A stretch of 62,477 nucleotides of DNA, filler included, from Actinobacteria bacterium UBA7524 (GTDB lineage Bacteria; Actinomycetota; Coriobacteriia; Anaerosomatales; UBA912): NCBI GenBank assembly GCA_002478275.1. It is 7 parts of 7 records of this genome, joined end to end, with 100 filler letters (N's around TTAATTAATTAA, not from the genome) between each part and the next. Parts side by side here need not be neighbours in the genome. Positions count along the whole stretch, not along the records: positions 3,344 to 17,069 come from DLMY01000020.1; positions 17,170 to 27,144 come from DLMY01000027.1; 5 more parts are not named here. One strand, 5' to 3'. The notes under the pieces were generated by a model, which was not told the DNA's origin, made no database searches, and saw only the letters and a list, made by a program, of their open reading frames with translations. Positions 8,910 through 20,400 of this stretch are shown in pieces (position 1 is the first letter of the stretch; each line of letters opens with the position of its first letter). The position numbers and the translations under genes were made by a program.

Positions 8910-11900
8910 ATGGCGGCAGTTGGCGAGCGCGTTGGCTCGAAGCTAAGGGATATCTTCGGGGACCGGTATCGGGATGACAGAGTCGAGCGCAAGATGTACT
9001 CGACTGATATCGGGGCGATGCCCCGGTTGGTCAAGCCTTTCGTGCCTTCAGGGATCGCCGGCGCGGTCGTCAGACCCAAGACCGAGGATGAGGTCGTACG
9101 TTTGGTGGAGGCGGCTCGTCGCGATGGTTTCAAGGTCGTGCCTCGCGGTTGGGCAACGTCAGGGTACGGCGGTGTGTTGCCGGTCGACGGTGCGGTGGTG
9201 GCCGATATGTCCGGCATGCACAGGGTGTTGTCGATCGACCATGAGAACATGACGGTCACCGTAGAGGCCTCGGCCATCTGGGAGGAGATCGAGCGCGCCC
9301 TGCACAAGGTGGGACTCGCGCTGAGGCTCTACCCGTCATCCACCCCGTCGTCCGGAGCCGCCGGTTGGTTGGCTCAAGGTGGTGCGGGTTTCGGTTCCTA
9401 CGAATACGGGATGTTCAAGGACAACGTCATCTCCGCCCGGGTCGTTTTGCCCACCGGTGAGGTCCGCGAGTTCACCGGCGACGAACTTCAGAATCACGTC
9501 GCGGACGCGGAGGGCATCACCGGCATCATCACGCAACTCACCTTCCGGGTCAGGTTGTTGGAGCCTGAGACTCACAGGGCGTTCGCATTTCCGGATGCGG
9601 ACTCGCTTGCTGTCGCGTTGAGCGCGATCTCGTCGCAACAGCTTCCGGTGTGGTCCATCACCTTCCTCAATCCTGAATCCATCAGCCTCAAGAAGCAGCT
9701 GCCGCATCGTCATGGACATCCATATGAGGAGGCGCATCCGCACGAGGACCCCGTCTTGCCCGAAGAGTACATCGCAGTCATCGCGTACCCGGATTCTCGC
9801 CGCCCTGCGCTCGATGACCAGCTCGCCGCCATCGTCTCGAACAGTGGAGGCGTGGACCTGGGGTCTGAGGTCGCGGAACACGAATGGGAGCTGCGCTTCT
9901 CTCCGATGCGCCTTAAGAGGGTCGGGCCTTCGCTCGTGCCTACCGAGGTCGTCGTTCCTCTCGACCGGATGGCCGATGTCCTGAAGGCGATCGACCAGAG
10001 GATCTCGCAGCCTTTCATCCTCGAGGGGATGCACGCGAAGGGTGACAACATCGTCCTCCTCGGCTTCATACCGCACGACGAGCGTTCTTTCGCCTTCAAC
10101 CTTGCGTTCGCCCTGTCACTCTCAGTGATCGGTATCGCAAAGCAACACGGAGGTTCCGCGTACTCCACGGGCCTGTACTTCCGGCGTGAAGCCGAAGACG
10201 TACTCGGTCCCGAGAAGGTAGCGGCACTGAAGGCGTACAAGCAGGCGGTCGATCCTGCGGGGATCATGAATCCCGGTAAGGTGCTTGGCCGAGGAGTGAT
10301 CGACTTGTTGATGGGGGGTGCCGCGGTCGCCGAGCCCCTGGTCCGACCCATAGCGAACGCGGCCAAGCCGCCCAGCCGTAACGGCGAGCTCAAAGAGGTG
10401 CGCGGTATTCCGGGAGACGTCGCGTTCATGGCGTACGCGTGCGCGCGGTGCGGATACTGCGTGCCGACGTGCGAGCAGTACACCGGTCGTGGATGGGAAT
10501 CGCACAGCCCGCGCGGGAAGTACGCTTACCTGCGCGAAGTCATGGAGGGACGCGAGAGTTTCGACCGCAAGGCGGTAGACACGTTCCTTGTCTGCACCAC
10601 ATGTGAGGTCTGCAACACGCGATGCCAACTCCAGTTGCCCATCGAGCACAACTGGATGGATATGCGCGGCAAGCTGATTCACGAGGAGAAGCGCGGCACC
10701 TTCCCGCCGTTCGAGATGATGGCAGCGTCGCTGCGTGGAGAGCTCGACATCTGGGCCGGGAAGCGCGAGAACAGGGCCAACTGGGTGCCGGATGATGTGA
10801 AGCCCAAGCTCAAGGACTCGGGTGAGCTACTGTACTTCGCAGGCTGCACGGCGAGCTATGTGGAGACTGACGTGGCCGAGGCGAGCGTACGTCTGCTTAC
10901 AGACGCCGGCTACGACATCGGCTACATGGGGACTGACGAGGCGTGCTGTGGGATTCCGATGAAGGTGGCAGGCAAGTGGGATGTGTTCGAGGAGATATAC
11001 GAGCACAACACTACGGAGGCGCGCAAACGCGGGGCGAAGACCATCGTGACATCGTGTCCCGCGTGTGCACTGGTGTGGAAGGAGATCTACGCCAAGACGG
11101 CAGCTGACCGGGGTGACGAGTACGAGTTCGAGGTCAGGCATTACTCCGAGCTCGTGAGCGAAGCGCTCGGGGAAGGACGTCTCGAACTCAAGAACCCAGT
11201 CGAAGGAAGGCTTACATTCCATGATTCGTGTCATGCCGGACGAGCGCAGGGCCTCTACGAGCCGCCGCGTGAGATGCTCAAGGCGATTCCGGGAGTCGAC
11301 TACGTAGAGATGGAGCACAATCGCGAAGATGGCTACTGCTGCGGTTCCGTGCTGACCCTTGTCGGCGAGATGCCGGTGGCGCCAGTGCTGGGCAAACAGC
11401 GTTTGCAGGAGGCTGTGGACGTAGAGGCGGACACCGTCGTAGCGTTGTGCCCTTGTTGTCAGGTTCAGCTGCGCGACAGCAACATCAAGAATGACCTTGG
11501 ACTTAAGATCGACGACCTCTCTCGCATCGTCGCGCAGGCTGCGGGGTACGAGATTCCCGAGACAACCGATCAGGCGATGTACATGTGGGGATACTTCGAG
11601 AAGTTCATCATCTTGATGCAGCCGGAGCATATGGCGGCGTTGATGGAGCGGATATTCCCTCAGATATGCGATTCGATGCCGTTCGGGATGAAGCCGATGA
11701 TGAAGGCCATGAAGGTCGTCCCCGGTGGGCCTGCCCTGATAGGCAAGACCATGCCGTTCATGTTCCCGCTGCTCATCGATGGGATCATGGGCAAGGTGAT
11801 GCCCGACATGATCAAGGCTGTCGAGGAGTACGTCGGCCCGATGCCCGATGACATGGCGGAGCTGATGCCGGACCTCCTTCCCAAGACGATGGATTCGATG

Positions 11901-11972
11901 ATGCCCACCTACCTGCCCGAGCTCATCCCGCATCTGGTGCCCCGGATGGTCGCCTATATCCAGCGCTGCTAA
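8910..11972 (+). CDS. FAD-linked oxidase (GlcD-like) fused to 4Fe-4S dicluster and two CCG domains
   Basis: VVRP...VPRG..T.GYGG FAD-binding; DPAGIMNPGK; CARCGYCVPTC and CTTCEVCNTRC; CCG motifs; Met/Pro-rich tail. Confidence 0.88.
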   Translation: MAAVGERVGSKLRDIFGDRYRDDRVERKMYSTDIGAMPRLVKPFVPSGIAGAVVRPKTEDEVVRLVEAARRDGFKVVPRGWATSGYGGVLPVDGAVVADMSGMHRVLSIDHENMTVTVEASAIWEEIERALHKVGLALRLYPSSTPSSGAAGWLAQGGAGFGSYEYGMFKDNVISARVVLPTGEVREFTGDELQNHVADAEGITGIITQLTFRVRLLEPETHRAFAFPDADSLAVALSAISSQQLPVWSITFLNPESISLKKQLPHRHGHPYEEAHPHEDPVLPEEYIAVIAYPDSRRPALDDQLAAIVSNSGGVDLGSEVAEHEWELRFSPMRLKRVGPSLVPTEVVVPLDRMADVLKAIDQRISQPFILEGMHAKGDNIVLLGFIPHDERSFAFNLAFALSLSVIGIAKQHGGSAYSTGLYFRREAEDVLGPEKVAALKAYKQAVDPAGIMNPGKVLGRGVIDLLMGGAAVAEPLVRPIANAAKPPSRNGELKEVRGIPGDVAFMAYACARCGYCVPTCEQYTGRGWESHSPRGKYAYLREVMEGRESFDRKAVDTFLVCTTCEVCNTRCQLQLPIEHNWMDMRGKLIHEEKRGTFPPFEMMAASLRGELDIWAGKRENRANWVPDDVKPKLKDSGELLYFAGCTASYVETDVAEASVRLLTDAGYDIGYMGTDEACCGIPMKVAGKWDVFEEIYEHNTTEARKRGAKTIVTSCPACALVWKEIYAKTAADRGDEYEFEVRHYSELVSEALGEGRLELKNPVEGRLTFHDSCHAGRAQGLYEPPREMLKAIPGVDYVEMEHNREDGYCCGSVLTLVGEMPVAPVLGKQRLQEAVDVEADTVVALCPCCQVQLRDSNIKNDLGLKIDDLSRIVAQAAGYEIPETTDQAMYMWGYFEKFIILMQPEHMAALMERIFPQICDSMPFGMKPMMKAMKVVPGGPALIGKTMPFMFPLLIDGIMGKVMPDMIKAVEEYVGPMPDDMAELMPDLLPKTMDSMMPTYLPELIPHLVPRMVAYIQRC

Positions 11973-12021
11973 GAGCAGCTCGCTGGGTCACAGCTCGTTC
12001 GTGTGAGATTGGACCTGCTAG

Positions 12022-12057
12022 TGTGACGAGACTCATCGCATTGTGTCTCAAGTCACA
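12022..12057 (+). promoter_or_regulatory. Tandem CRP-like boxes upstream of Crp/Fnr regulator
   Basis: TGTGA-N6-TCATC (12022-12037) and TGTGT-N6-TCACA (12042-12057). Confidence 0.55.
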
Positions 12058-12083
12058 GTGTCGTCGAGCCGATATCCTCTTAC

Positions 12084-12782
12084 ATGAACGAGCTGCAGAC
12101 ATCTCAGGAGCAAGCGGTAGCCAAACTCAGGGCGATTCCGATGTTCTCGGACCTTTCCGCCGACGACCTCGGTACGTTCGCGTCGATGGTCCAGTTCCGG
12201 CACTACCCCAAAGGTGCGTTCATCGTGAACCAGAATGACTCTGGTTCGGTGATGTACCTGCTTGTCTCGGGTCGGGTGAAGGTTTCGCTCGCTTCTCCCG
12301 ACGGCAAGGAACTCGCCCTCAACTACCTTGAGGCTCCCGCGCACTTCGGTGAGATGAGCCTCGTCGATGCGGAACCACGCTCCGCGGACGTCATCGCCGT
12401 GAGTGACGTCGAGCTCTTCAGTCTCGATGCGAGTGATCTGACCGCCGCGATCCAGCTCAACCCGCGCCTGGCCGTATCGTTGATAGCAACGCTTTCGCGC
12501 CGGTTGCGCAACACGATCGCCAGGCTCGAGGACATGGCGTTTCACGATGCCACGCACCGCGTCATGCGTGTGGTCCTCAATGTCGCCACAGCGAGCTACG
12601 AGTCGCGAGGCGTACCGGTCATAGAGGGTCTGACACACTACGACATCGCCACACTCGCAGGTACGTCACGCGAAACGGCCAGCCGCATCATCTCCAACCT
12701 TGCCAAGGCTGAGGTCGTAGCCACCAAGGGACGCAAGATCGTCGTGGACCTCATTCGACTGAGAGAGCGCCTCGAGGGCTGA
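12084..12782 (+). CDS. Crp/Fnr family transcriptional regulator
   Basis: cNMP domain FGEMSL...PRSA; HTH GTSRETASR. Confidence 0.93.
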   Translation: MNELQTSQEQAVAKLRAIPMFSDLSADDLGTFASMVQFRHYPKGAFIVNQNDSGSVMYLLVSGRVKVSLASPDGKELALNYLEAPAHFGEMSLVDAEPRSADVIAVSDVELFSLDASDLTAAIQLNPRLAVSLIATLSRRLRNTIARLEDMAFHDATHRVMRVVLNVATASYESRGVPVIEGLTHYDIATLAGTSRETASRIISNLAKAEVVATKGRKIVVDLIRLRERLEG

Positions 12783-12867
12783 ACGCATCCTGCGTGTTGC
12801 GTTAGGTCGACTGCCGGCAAGGGGACAAACCCACCAGATCGCCCGATTCACGCATACGGAGGAGACC

Positions 12868-13098
12868 ATGACCGAGTTCACCCTCGAAGATCTCGTCGCT
12901 TACGACGGCAAAGACGGGCGCCGTGCCTACGTGGCCTATCAGGGTGTCGTTTACGACGTCACTGAAAGTGCGATGTGGGGCGATGGCGAACACGAAGCCA
13001 TGCATGATGCCGGTCAGGACCTGACCGAAGCCCATGATGATGCCCCGCATGATGTCTACGTGACGGATTTTCCAGAGGTGGGCAGGTTGTCCGGTTAG
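12868..13098 (+). CDS. Cytochrome b5-like heme/steroid-binding protein
   Basis: FTLEDL..YDGKDG..AYVAYQGVVYDVT...W..G.H...H.AG.DLT.....PH. Confidence 0.88.
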   Translation: MTEFTLEDLVAYDGKDGRRAYVAYQGVVYDVTESAMWGDGEHEAMHDAGQDLTEAHDDAPHDVYVTDFPEVGRLSG

Positions 13099-14399
13099 AC
13101 GGACGCTTCGAACACCGCGACGGTCTCGACATGGTAGGTTTGCGGGAACAGGTCCACCGGAACGGCCAGTCGCAGTCGATATCCTCCGGCGCTTAGACGT
13201 GCAGCGTCTCTTGCCAGCGTACTCGGATCACACGAGACGTATACGATTCTTCGTGCGCCGGTCTTGCACATCGGATCGATGGTGTTGGGCGAAAGCCCGG
13301 ATCTGGGAGGATCGACCAGGATCAGGTCGATCGCACCGAGGTCAGGGAGTACGCGCGAGACGTCTCCCGGCTCGACCTCCACGGGAGATGCGTTCATCTC
13401 GATGTTCCTGCGCAGGTCGCTGACGGCCGGCCCGTAGGACTCAACAGCGATCGTCTCGCCGGCCGTTCGCGCGATCGCATGGGTGAACGTCCCCACTCCG
13501 GCGTACAGGTCCGCGACCCTGTCATCAGGGCCCGCATCGAGCAATTCGATGACCTTTCCGACCAGCAGTTCGGCAGCTGCTGTGTTGACCTGGAAGAAGG
13601 ACGGTGCAGACACCAGCAAGGAGTCTTTCAGGATACGCTCCTTCCAGGCCCCTCTTCCCTTCAGGACCTCGACGCCCGCGATCCTTCGTTGAGCCGCCTC
13701 TCCCTTCGCCATAACGCGTACGACGCCGCTTGCTCCTGTGGCCTGTGTGATCGTGGTTCCCGCGATGCGTCGCGGGAAGGGCCCGGGCGCGGTCCAGATC
13801 GCCACTTCTACGTCTTTGTGGTGGTGGGATACCCTCAGGCCGACGCGTTGTACCTGGAGATCCTCACGGCCGGCGAGGTAACGGAGTGCCCCCCGGAGCG
13901 ATCGGGGTGCCCGGCTCGCGTGAGTGGGCAGCAGTAGGCACTCGTCTATCGCGATCGTCGCGTCACTGCAGTAGCCCTTGAACCCCAGTTCGAGCGGATG
14001 GCCCTCGCGTCTCGTCGCGGACAACTCGATCTTGTTGCGGTAGCCATATGGGGAGGGAGAAGCGACACATGGATCGACCGGCGGTGACGTGTGATGACCT
14101 ATCCGTTCCAAGGCATCTGCGACGACGAGTCGTTTCGCTTCGAGCTGTGTCGGTTCGTCGACGTGTTGCCATTGACAACCTCCGCAGACCCCGAAGTACG
14201 GGCAAGGAGGGGTCACACGAGAAGTCGATGGTTCCACCACGTTGACAAGGTGCATATGGACGTATCTGGGGTGTTCTGTCTCTACATGAGCTTCAACCAC
14301 GTCACCGGGGCACGTCGCGGGAACGAATGCGACGCGGCCGTCGGACAGATGCGACACTCCTGCACCGCCGTAGGCAAGGCGTTCGATCTGAAGGCGCAT
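13095..14399 (-). CDS. rlmD: 23S rRNA (uracil-1939-C5)-methyltransferase
   Basis: TRAM domain, CPYFGVCGGC Fe-S motif, SFFQVN, DLYAGVG, DPPRSG, YVSC, DLFPQTYHVE. Confidence 0.92.
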   Translation of the reverse strand: MRLQIERLAYGGAGVSHLSDGRVAFVPATCPGDVVEAHVETEHPRYVHMHLVNVVEPSTSRVTPPCPYFGVCGGCQWQHVDEPTQLEAKRLVVADALERIGHHTSPPVDPCVASPSPYGYRNKIELSATRREGHPLELGFKGYCSDATIAIDECLLLPTHASRAPRSLRGALRYLAGREDLQVQRVGLRVSHHHKDVEVAIWTAPGPFPRRIAGTTITQATGASGVVRVMAKGEAAQRRIAGVEVLKGRGAWKERILKDSLLVSAPSFFQVNTAAAELLVGKVIELLDAGPDDRVADLYAGVGTFTHAIARTAGETIAVESYGPAVSDLRRNIEMNASPVEVEPGDVSRVLPDLGAIDLILVDPPRSGLSPNTIDPMCKTGARRIVYVSCDPSTLARDAARLSAGGYRLRLAVPVDLFPQTYHVETVAVFEASV

Positions 14400-14624
14400 G
14401 AGTTCTCGATCCAAGGATGGTCCATTCAGGATGAGTCCGCGCTCGCGTGAGCACGGCACGTGGGAATGCGGTCCGATACGGGAAGTATACTAGCGCGATG
14501 TGGGTTCGCGGCTATCGGTGCGCATCACACGACCTGCTACAGTAGGTGTCGCGCAACACCGATACTACTTTCGTCGAATGCAGCCGGGCATCGATGCGCG
14601 GTTCGAGTAGGAGGGTGTCTCCAG

Positions 14625-16727
14625 GTGGCAGAGAAGAAGGTACTGATCGTTCACGAGGACGCTGGACTCATCGAGAGCATCAAGTCCGGAGTCCTTCAGT
14701 CCGGAGCCGACATGGACGTCGTGAGCGTGATATCGGGTCCCAGGGCGCTTGGGATGATAGAGGCGCAGTCTCCCACGGTCATCGTGGTCGACGCTGAGCT
14801 GGAGGGCATGGACGGCTATGCGCTCACGCAGCAGATAAAGGCCGGTGTCGGCGGCGACGCCCCGGTCATCATCCTTTCACTTCAACCCGGCGAGGCATCC
14901 GCGCTGCGCGCCCGGCAGGCGGGCGCTGCGGCCCATCTGCCCTCGACGGGAGCGGTCGACGCGATCGTCGCCAAGATCCTGGCGCTCGGGGGCGTCGACG
15001 GCGCAGGGGGGCAGCCGGATGCGAGTGCAGCCGCGCCGCAGCCGGCCGCCGCATCCGCTCCCGGTCAGACGGCGGCTTCACCATCCGCGCCTGCAGAGCC
15101 GATGGGGGTTCGATCCGCGACCGAGGGTGGAGCAGGCGCGCCGCCTGCAGCCCCTGCNNNNNNNNNNNNNNNNNNNNNNNNNNNNNNNNNNNNNNNNNNN
15201 NNNNNNNNNNNNNNNNNNNNNNNNNNNNNNNNNNNNNNNNNNNNNNNNNNNNNNNNNNNNNNNNNNNCGAGTTGTCCGCGACGAGACGCGCGCCGCCTGC
15301 AGCCCCTGCGCCTACGCCGGCCGGCTCGCCGCTCGGCGGGGACGGGGTGCCCAAGCCGGTGGGGGCACCATCGCCATCGGCTCCCGCTTCGGCTGCAACG
15401 CCTGGCCCTCAGACCGCAGGCGGGTTCGGTTCGGGTGTACCGCAGCCTGTCGGTGCACCGTCGCCCGCTGCTGCTCCCAACGCAGCCGGCTCAGCTTCGC
15501 CGGGTTCCGATGCTCCCCACGTCGATGACCTGCTGCGTCTGATGTTGGAGCGCGGTGGTTCGGACCTGCATATCACGGTCGGGAGTCCCCCCGGCATACG
15601 CCAGCGCGGGGAACTCGTCCAGGTCGAGAACATGCGGCCGGTGACGCCCAGGGATGCACAGGAGATGATCTTGGGCCTGCTGTCCGAAGAGCAGAGACGC
15701 CGGTTCGAGACCGAGCTCGAGCTGGACTTCGCTTACAGCATCCCGGGGGTCTCCAGGTTCAGGGCGAACGTCTTCCAGCAGCGCAATTCGCTGGGCGCGG
15801 TCTTCCGCGTGATTCCTATCACCATCCCGACGCTGGAGGAGCTCGCCCTTCCGAAGGTCTGCAAGTTCCTCTCCGAGCGTCCCCGTGGTCTCGTTCTGGT
15901 AACTGGGCCTACGGGTTCAGGTAAGTCGACCACGCTGGCGGCGATNNNNNNNNNNNNNNNNNNNNNNNNNNNNNNNNNNNNNNNNNNNNNNNNNNNNNNN
16001 NNNNNNNNNNNNNNNNNNNNNNNNNNNNNNNNNNNNNNNNNNNNNNNNNNNNNNNNNNNNNNNNNNNNNNAAGTCGACCACGCTGGCGGCGATGATCGAT
16101 CACATCAACGACACACGCCCCTTGCACATCATCACCATGGAAGACCCCATCGAGTTCATGCACAAGAACAAGCGCGCTTACGTCAACCAGCGCGAGGTCG
16201 GTGAGGATACCCATTCATTCGCGGCTGCTCTCAAGCGGGTACTGCGTCAGGACCCTGATGTGATCCTTGTCGGTGAGATGCGCGACCTTGAGACGATCTC
16301 CGCCGCCATCACGGCGGCCGAGACCGGCCACTTGGTGCTTGCCACTTTGCATACGACAGGTGGACCGGAGACGGTCGACCGTATCATCGACGTCTTTCCT
16401 CCACACCAGCAGCAGCAGGTTCGCATGCAGCTTTCCAACACACTCGAAGGCGTGCTCTCCCAGGTCCTGTTGCGCAGCACCGACGGTCGCAGCCGCATTA
16501 TGGCCATGGAGATCATGCTTGGTATCCCGGCCATCCGTAACTTGATCCGAGAAGGGAAGACACACCAGATGGCGACCATCATCCAGGGTGGAGGTTCCCT
16601 GGGTATGCAGACCTTGGACCAGCATCTCAGGACCTTGCTGCAGGGAGGTAAGGTCACTTTCGAGGAGGCAATCGGCAAGGCCCAGAATCCCAGGGAACTC
16701 GCCGAGGCCGTCGGCCGCAAGGTCTGA
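14625..16727 (+). CDS. pilT: Type IV pilus retraction ATPase PilT with N-terminal receiver-like domain and Pro/Ala linker (two gaps)
   Basis: SDLHI, RFRANVF, GPTGSGKSTT, EDPIE, LRQDPDVILVGEMRD, TGHLV.ATLHT, AIRNLIRE; duplicated gap flanks allow an in-frame join to the REC domain. Confidence 0.8.
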
Positions 16728-16757
16728 CGCCGGGGACCGGTCGCGAAAGGGGCAGAT

Positions 16758-17069
16758 TTGGATACCATACGTGTCCGCCGGAGCGCCAAACGGCAGCTCG
16801 TGGCATGGGACGACTCCGGACATGCGATCGTCATGGACGCCAGGACCGAATACAAGGGCGAAAGCACCGGCATGCGGCCGCTTCAGGTCGTACTTGCCGG
16901 CCTTGCCGGCTGTACTGCGATGGATGTCATATCGATACTCGAGAAGAAACGTCAGGATGTTCGGGCCATCGAGATCGAGGTCGAAGCGGACCAGCGTGAG
17001 GATGACTTCCCCAAGATCTACACCGCCATCAGGATTCACTACCTGGTCACAGGCTATGGGGTGTCGTCG
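16758..17069 (+). CDS. OsmC/YhfA family protein (3' truncated)
   Basis: GMRP.Q.VLAGLAGCTAMDVISILEKKRQ. Confidence 0.88.
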
Positions 17070-17406
17070 NNNNNNNNNNNNNNNNNNNNNNNNNNNNNNN
17101 NNNNNNNNNNNNNTTAATTAATTAANNNNNNNNNNNNNNNNNNNNNNNNNNNNNNNNNNNNNNNNNNNNGCGGCCGGGGGGGGAAGGGAGGGGGGGGCGC
17201 GGGGGGGGCCCTCCGCCGCGCGGGGCGAAGCGCTCCCCTGGTTCCCGATCTTCATGTCCTCACGTGTCCGCGCCAACAGCTCACATCCCAAAGAGCGTCG
17301 AGGGTCCGGCCCATCATATCGCACGCGATGCCGCAACACCCCTGCCAGCACACGGCGGGCCCGGATTCCCGGGCCCGCCGACGGTGGGTCGAACGAACGA
17401 TGCTGT

Positions 17407-20400
17407 CTACGGCCATGCACCCACGGTGCCGTGAGATCCGCATCCGTTGACGCCGCACCCGCCTGAGCTCCAGCCTGTGGGAGTCTTGTTTCCCGTGGAG
17501 ATCCCCAGCACCCTCTGCGACTGGTACGGAGGCGGGTCGGACATGTAGCCGATCAGGCGCGGGCGCTTCCAGGCATGCGGTGTGCGCACGTGGCAGTTGT
17601 TACACAACCCGTTGGTCGTGCCTTTGTGGTCGCTGCGGTTGTGCACGTTGCCGTTGACCGTCCCGTTGAACAGGTTCGTGTTCTGATGGCACTTGGCACA
17701 GATCGGCAGCCCTGCTCCAGTGATGTTGGATGCGATCGCGTTACCTGTCGTGATATACGCACTCGTGTACGGAGCCGGGTAATTCGGGTCGACACCGAGC
17801 GTCATCGCCGCACCGTGCGGTCCTGTGGCGCCGGAGACGGTCCCGTGACAATCCCCGCAGCTTACGATGCTCGTCGCGGTATAGCCGCTGCTGGAGGTGA
17901 ACATGTTGGCTATGGTTCCCGGTCGACTCCACGTCGCCGTCACGCCATCGACCGCCAGCGTGAACGAAGTCTTCATGCCGGGCATCGACGTGTACACCCG
18001 ATGGCCCGACCAGTCATCGCTGAACTGCACCCCGCCGATCGCAGGCGACCCTGTATGCGCCGCGCCGTTCCAGCCCTGCCGCTGGACGTGGATAGAGGAC
18101 TTGCTCACCGTCTTGTGACAATCGGTACACAGCGCGGTGTTGGCGGCCTTCTGAATCGTCGCGTCGTTATTCGCTTTGGTGACGTCTGTCGGCGCACCGC
18201 TGTTGCCGGCCTTGCGGTGACAGATCGAGCACGGCGTCGAGACGTATGCCGCCAGCTGATGCTCGCGGTCGATATCGTCATCGTGGCACCCGGAACAGTA
18301 CGTCGAATTGAAGTTCGCATCGAACACCGCAGAGCTGCTGAAGCTCGTCCGGTGCTGGTTGGCCGCGTGATGATCCCGGTTCACACCCGGATGGCAGCCG
18401 CTGGCCTGACAGTTGAGCTGCGTGGGATGCGCGCCCGTCCCGGCGTGGCAGCGGTCGCACCCGAAGTTCGACAAGCCGGCGTGGATGTTGGCGACGTCGG
18501 TCACGATGTGGCACTCGGTTCCGTTGGGGTTGTTCTGGCAACTTGCCAGCGCGGTGCTTCCCGCGGGCAGAGGTGTCGTCGTCTTGGTCGTCCCTTCCAT
18601 GAACACGTCATCGAAGTAGGCGAACTCGCCGCTGGCCGCGTTGAACGATGCCGAGAGACGGATGACCAGTTGCGTCGCTGCGGGCAGGTCTCTGCGAACG
18701 TTCGTCCAGCTCCCGACGTTACCCGCCACCTCGTGAATCACGTACCAGTTAGTGCCGTTGTTCGGCGAGTACTCTATGCGCACCCAATCTCGGTTGCTAC
18801 CGGTCGCTGTCGAAAGACCCGCCGTCTGGTACCAGACGCTGAAGCTCACTCCGTCGTTGTACGCGCTCGTGTTGAAGGTTCGCGTGACCGTACGGGTCGT
18901 GCGCGTGGTCGAGTTGCTTGTGATGCGAAGTCGCGAACCCGTACGTCCGCCGGTGACTACGGAGACATTGGTGGTATCGGAGCGCGTCCATGCCGCAGGC
19001 CACGTCGTGCCGGTGCCCCAGTTCTCGTCGACCACCACCGTGTTCGCCCAGGTGATGGAGGAGCCTGGCTGTGACATGACCTGCGCGCTCGCATCGTGCT
19101 TCTCGGCCCAGCCTCGTCCTGCCGTGCGGTGCAGGCCGCCGGCGCCGCTTGCCATCGAGTGACATGAACCGCCTTCGCCTCCACAGCCGCCCGCCCACGG
19201 GTTGACGAAGTTGTCGACTCTCAGCTCGTGACACGTGACACACTCGTTGCTGTAGCCGTTGAGCCTGAAGTCGTTGGCCTTGACATGCTCGGTCATCAGA
19301 TCGGTCGTGTGGCAGTTGGCGCACGGTACTTCGTAGCTCACTCCGGTTGCGTCCGGATAGTACTTGTTCACTGTGACGCCGAAGCTCGTGGTGCCCCAGT
19401 TGCTGCCCGATATCTGCTGGTTCTCCTGGTGGCTTGACGCCCACTCGTCGTAATGGTTCGGGTCGTAGGGATGGTACGCGTAGGTGCCGAGTTCGACGCC
19501 GTTGTGACAATCAATGCAATCAGCAGTGTTAGTGGCGCCCAGGTTCGAGCCAGCGTTGTGGCATGTGGTGCAGTCACCGCCGTGCTGGTCTATGACGCTG
19601 TCGTTCTCATGACACTCGATGCAACCGCCGGTATCCATTCCCGAGGCATCGTGGACGGTCATGTCATGCGGGTCGACATCGTGACAACCGGACGCCCCAC
19701 ATGCGAGCACAGAAGGCTTCTGCGCCTGCCCGTTGTAGTCGTGACACACCGAACACGCCGGGTCGGGAGCGATCCCGTTGCCCTTGTGCAGCACGTGCAG
19801 GTCCCACGTGGCGTGACATCCCGTATTGACGCACCCGGTCCCCGTACCGTTGACTCCCGCGGGAGCGACGCCGCCCGCATGACCGTAGAGCGAATCACCG
19901 GGATCGGGCATGGCCGGGCCGTTGTGACACGTACCGCAACTCGCCCAGCCGCTCACCACGACGTCCGGGAAGGCGTTGTGGCAGCCGGCGCAGGTGATGT
20001 CACCCTTGTCGGGCAGCCCCTGGTGCTGCACCCACAGTCCGATCATGCCACCCGGGTCGTTGCGACTGTGGCAGTCATTGCAGCGGGCGACCGTCTGGCC
20101 GTCGCTCGCACCCTTGACAGGACCCAGGAACGCACCCGGGTCGTGAGCACTGGCCAGGTAGTGTCCGGTCGGCACGGGCTCGGTCAGTTCGACGGCGTCA
20201 GGCGCGTTGTCGTAGAGCAGCGTGCCACCGCCGTGACAGTTCTGGCAGGTGTTCGGGTCGTTGAACTGCGAGTTGCTGTGGTTTGCCGCTGTATGACACG
20301 GCCCTTCGGTGCATCCGGAATTCGGGTGATAGTCAAGGTATGTGGGTTCGGCGCTCGCATCGGTACCGTGGCATCCCGCACCCGAATTCGTGCAACCCGT

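Noticed and set aside
15921..16095. Direct repeats flanking internal N gaps (also in hyaC, arsR, hgcA and the PAS gene)
   Set aside because: Overlapping contig ends around gaps, not target-site duplications or real frameshifts.
17170..17230. Poly-G stretch (possible G-quadruplex)
   Set aside because: At a scaffold edge and low complexity; typical sequencing artefact.
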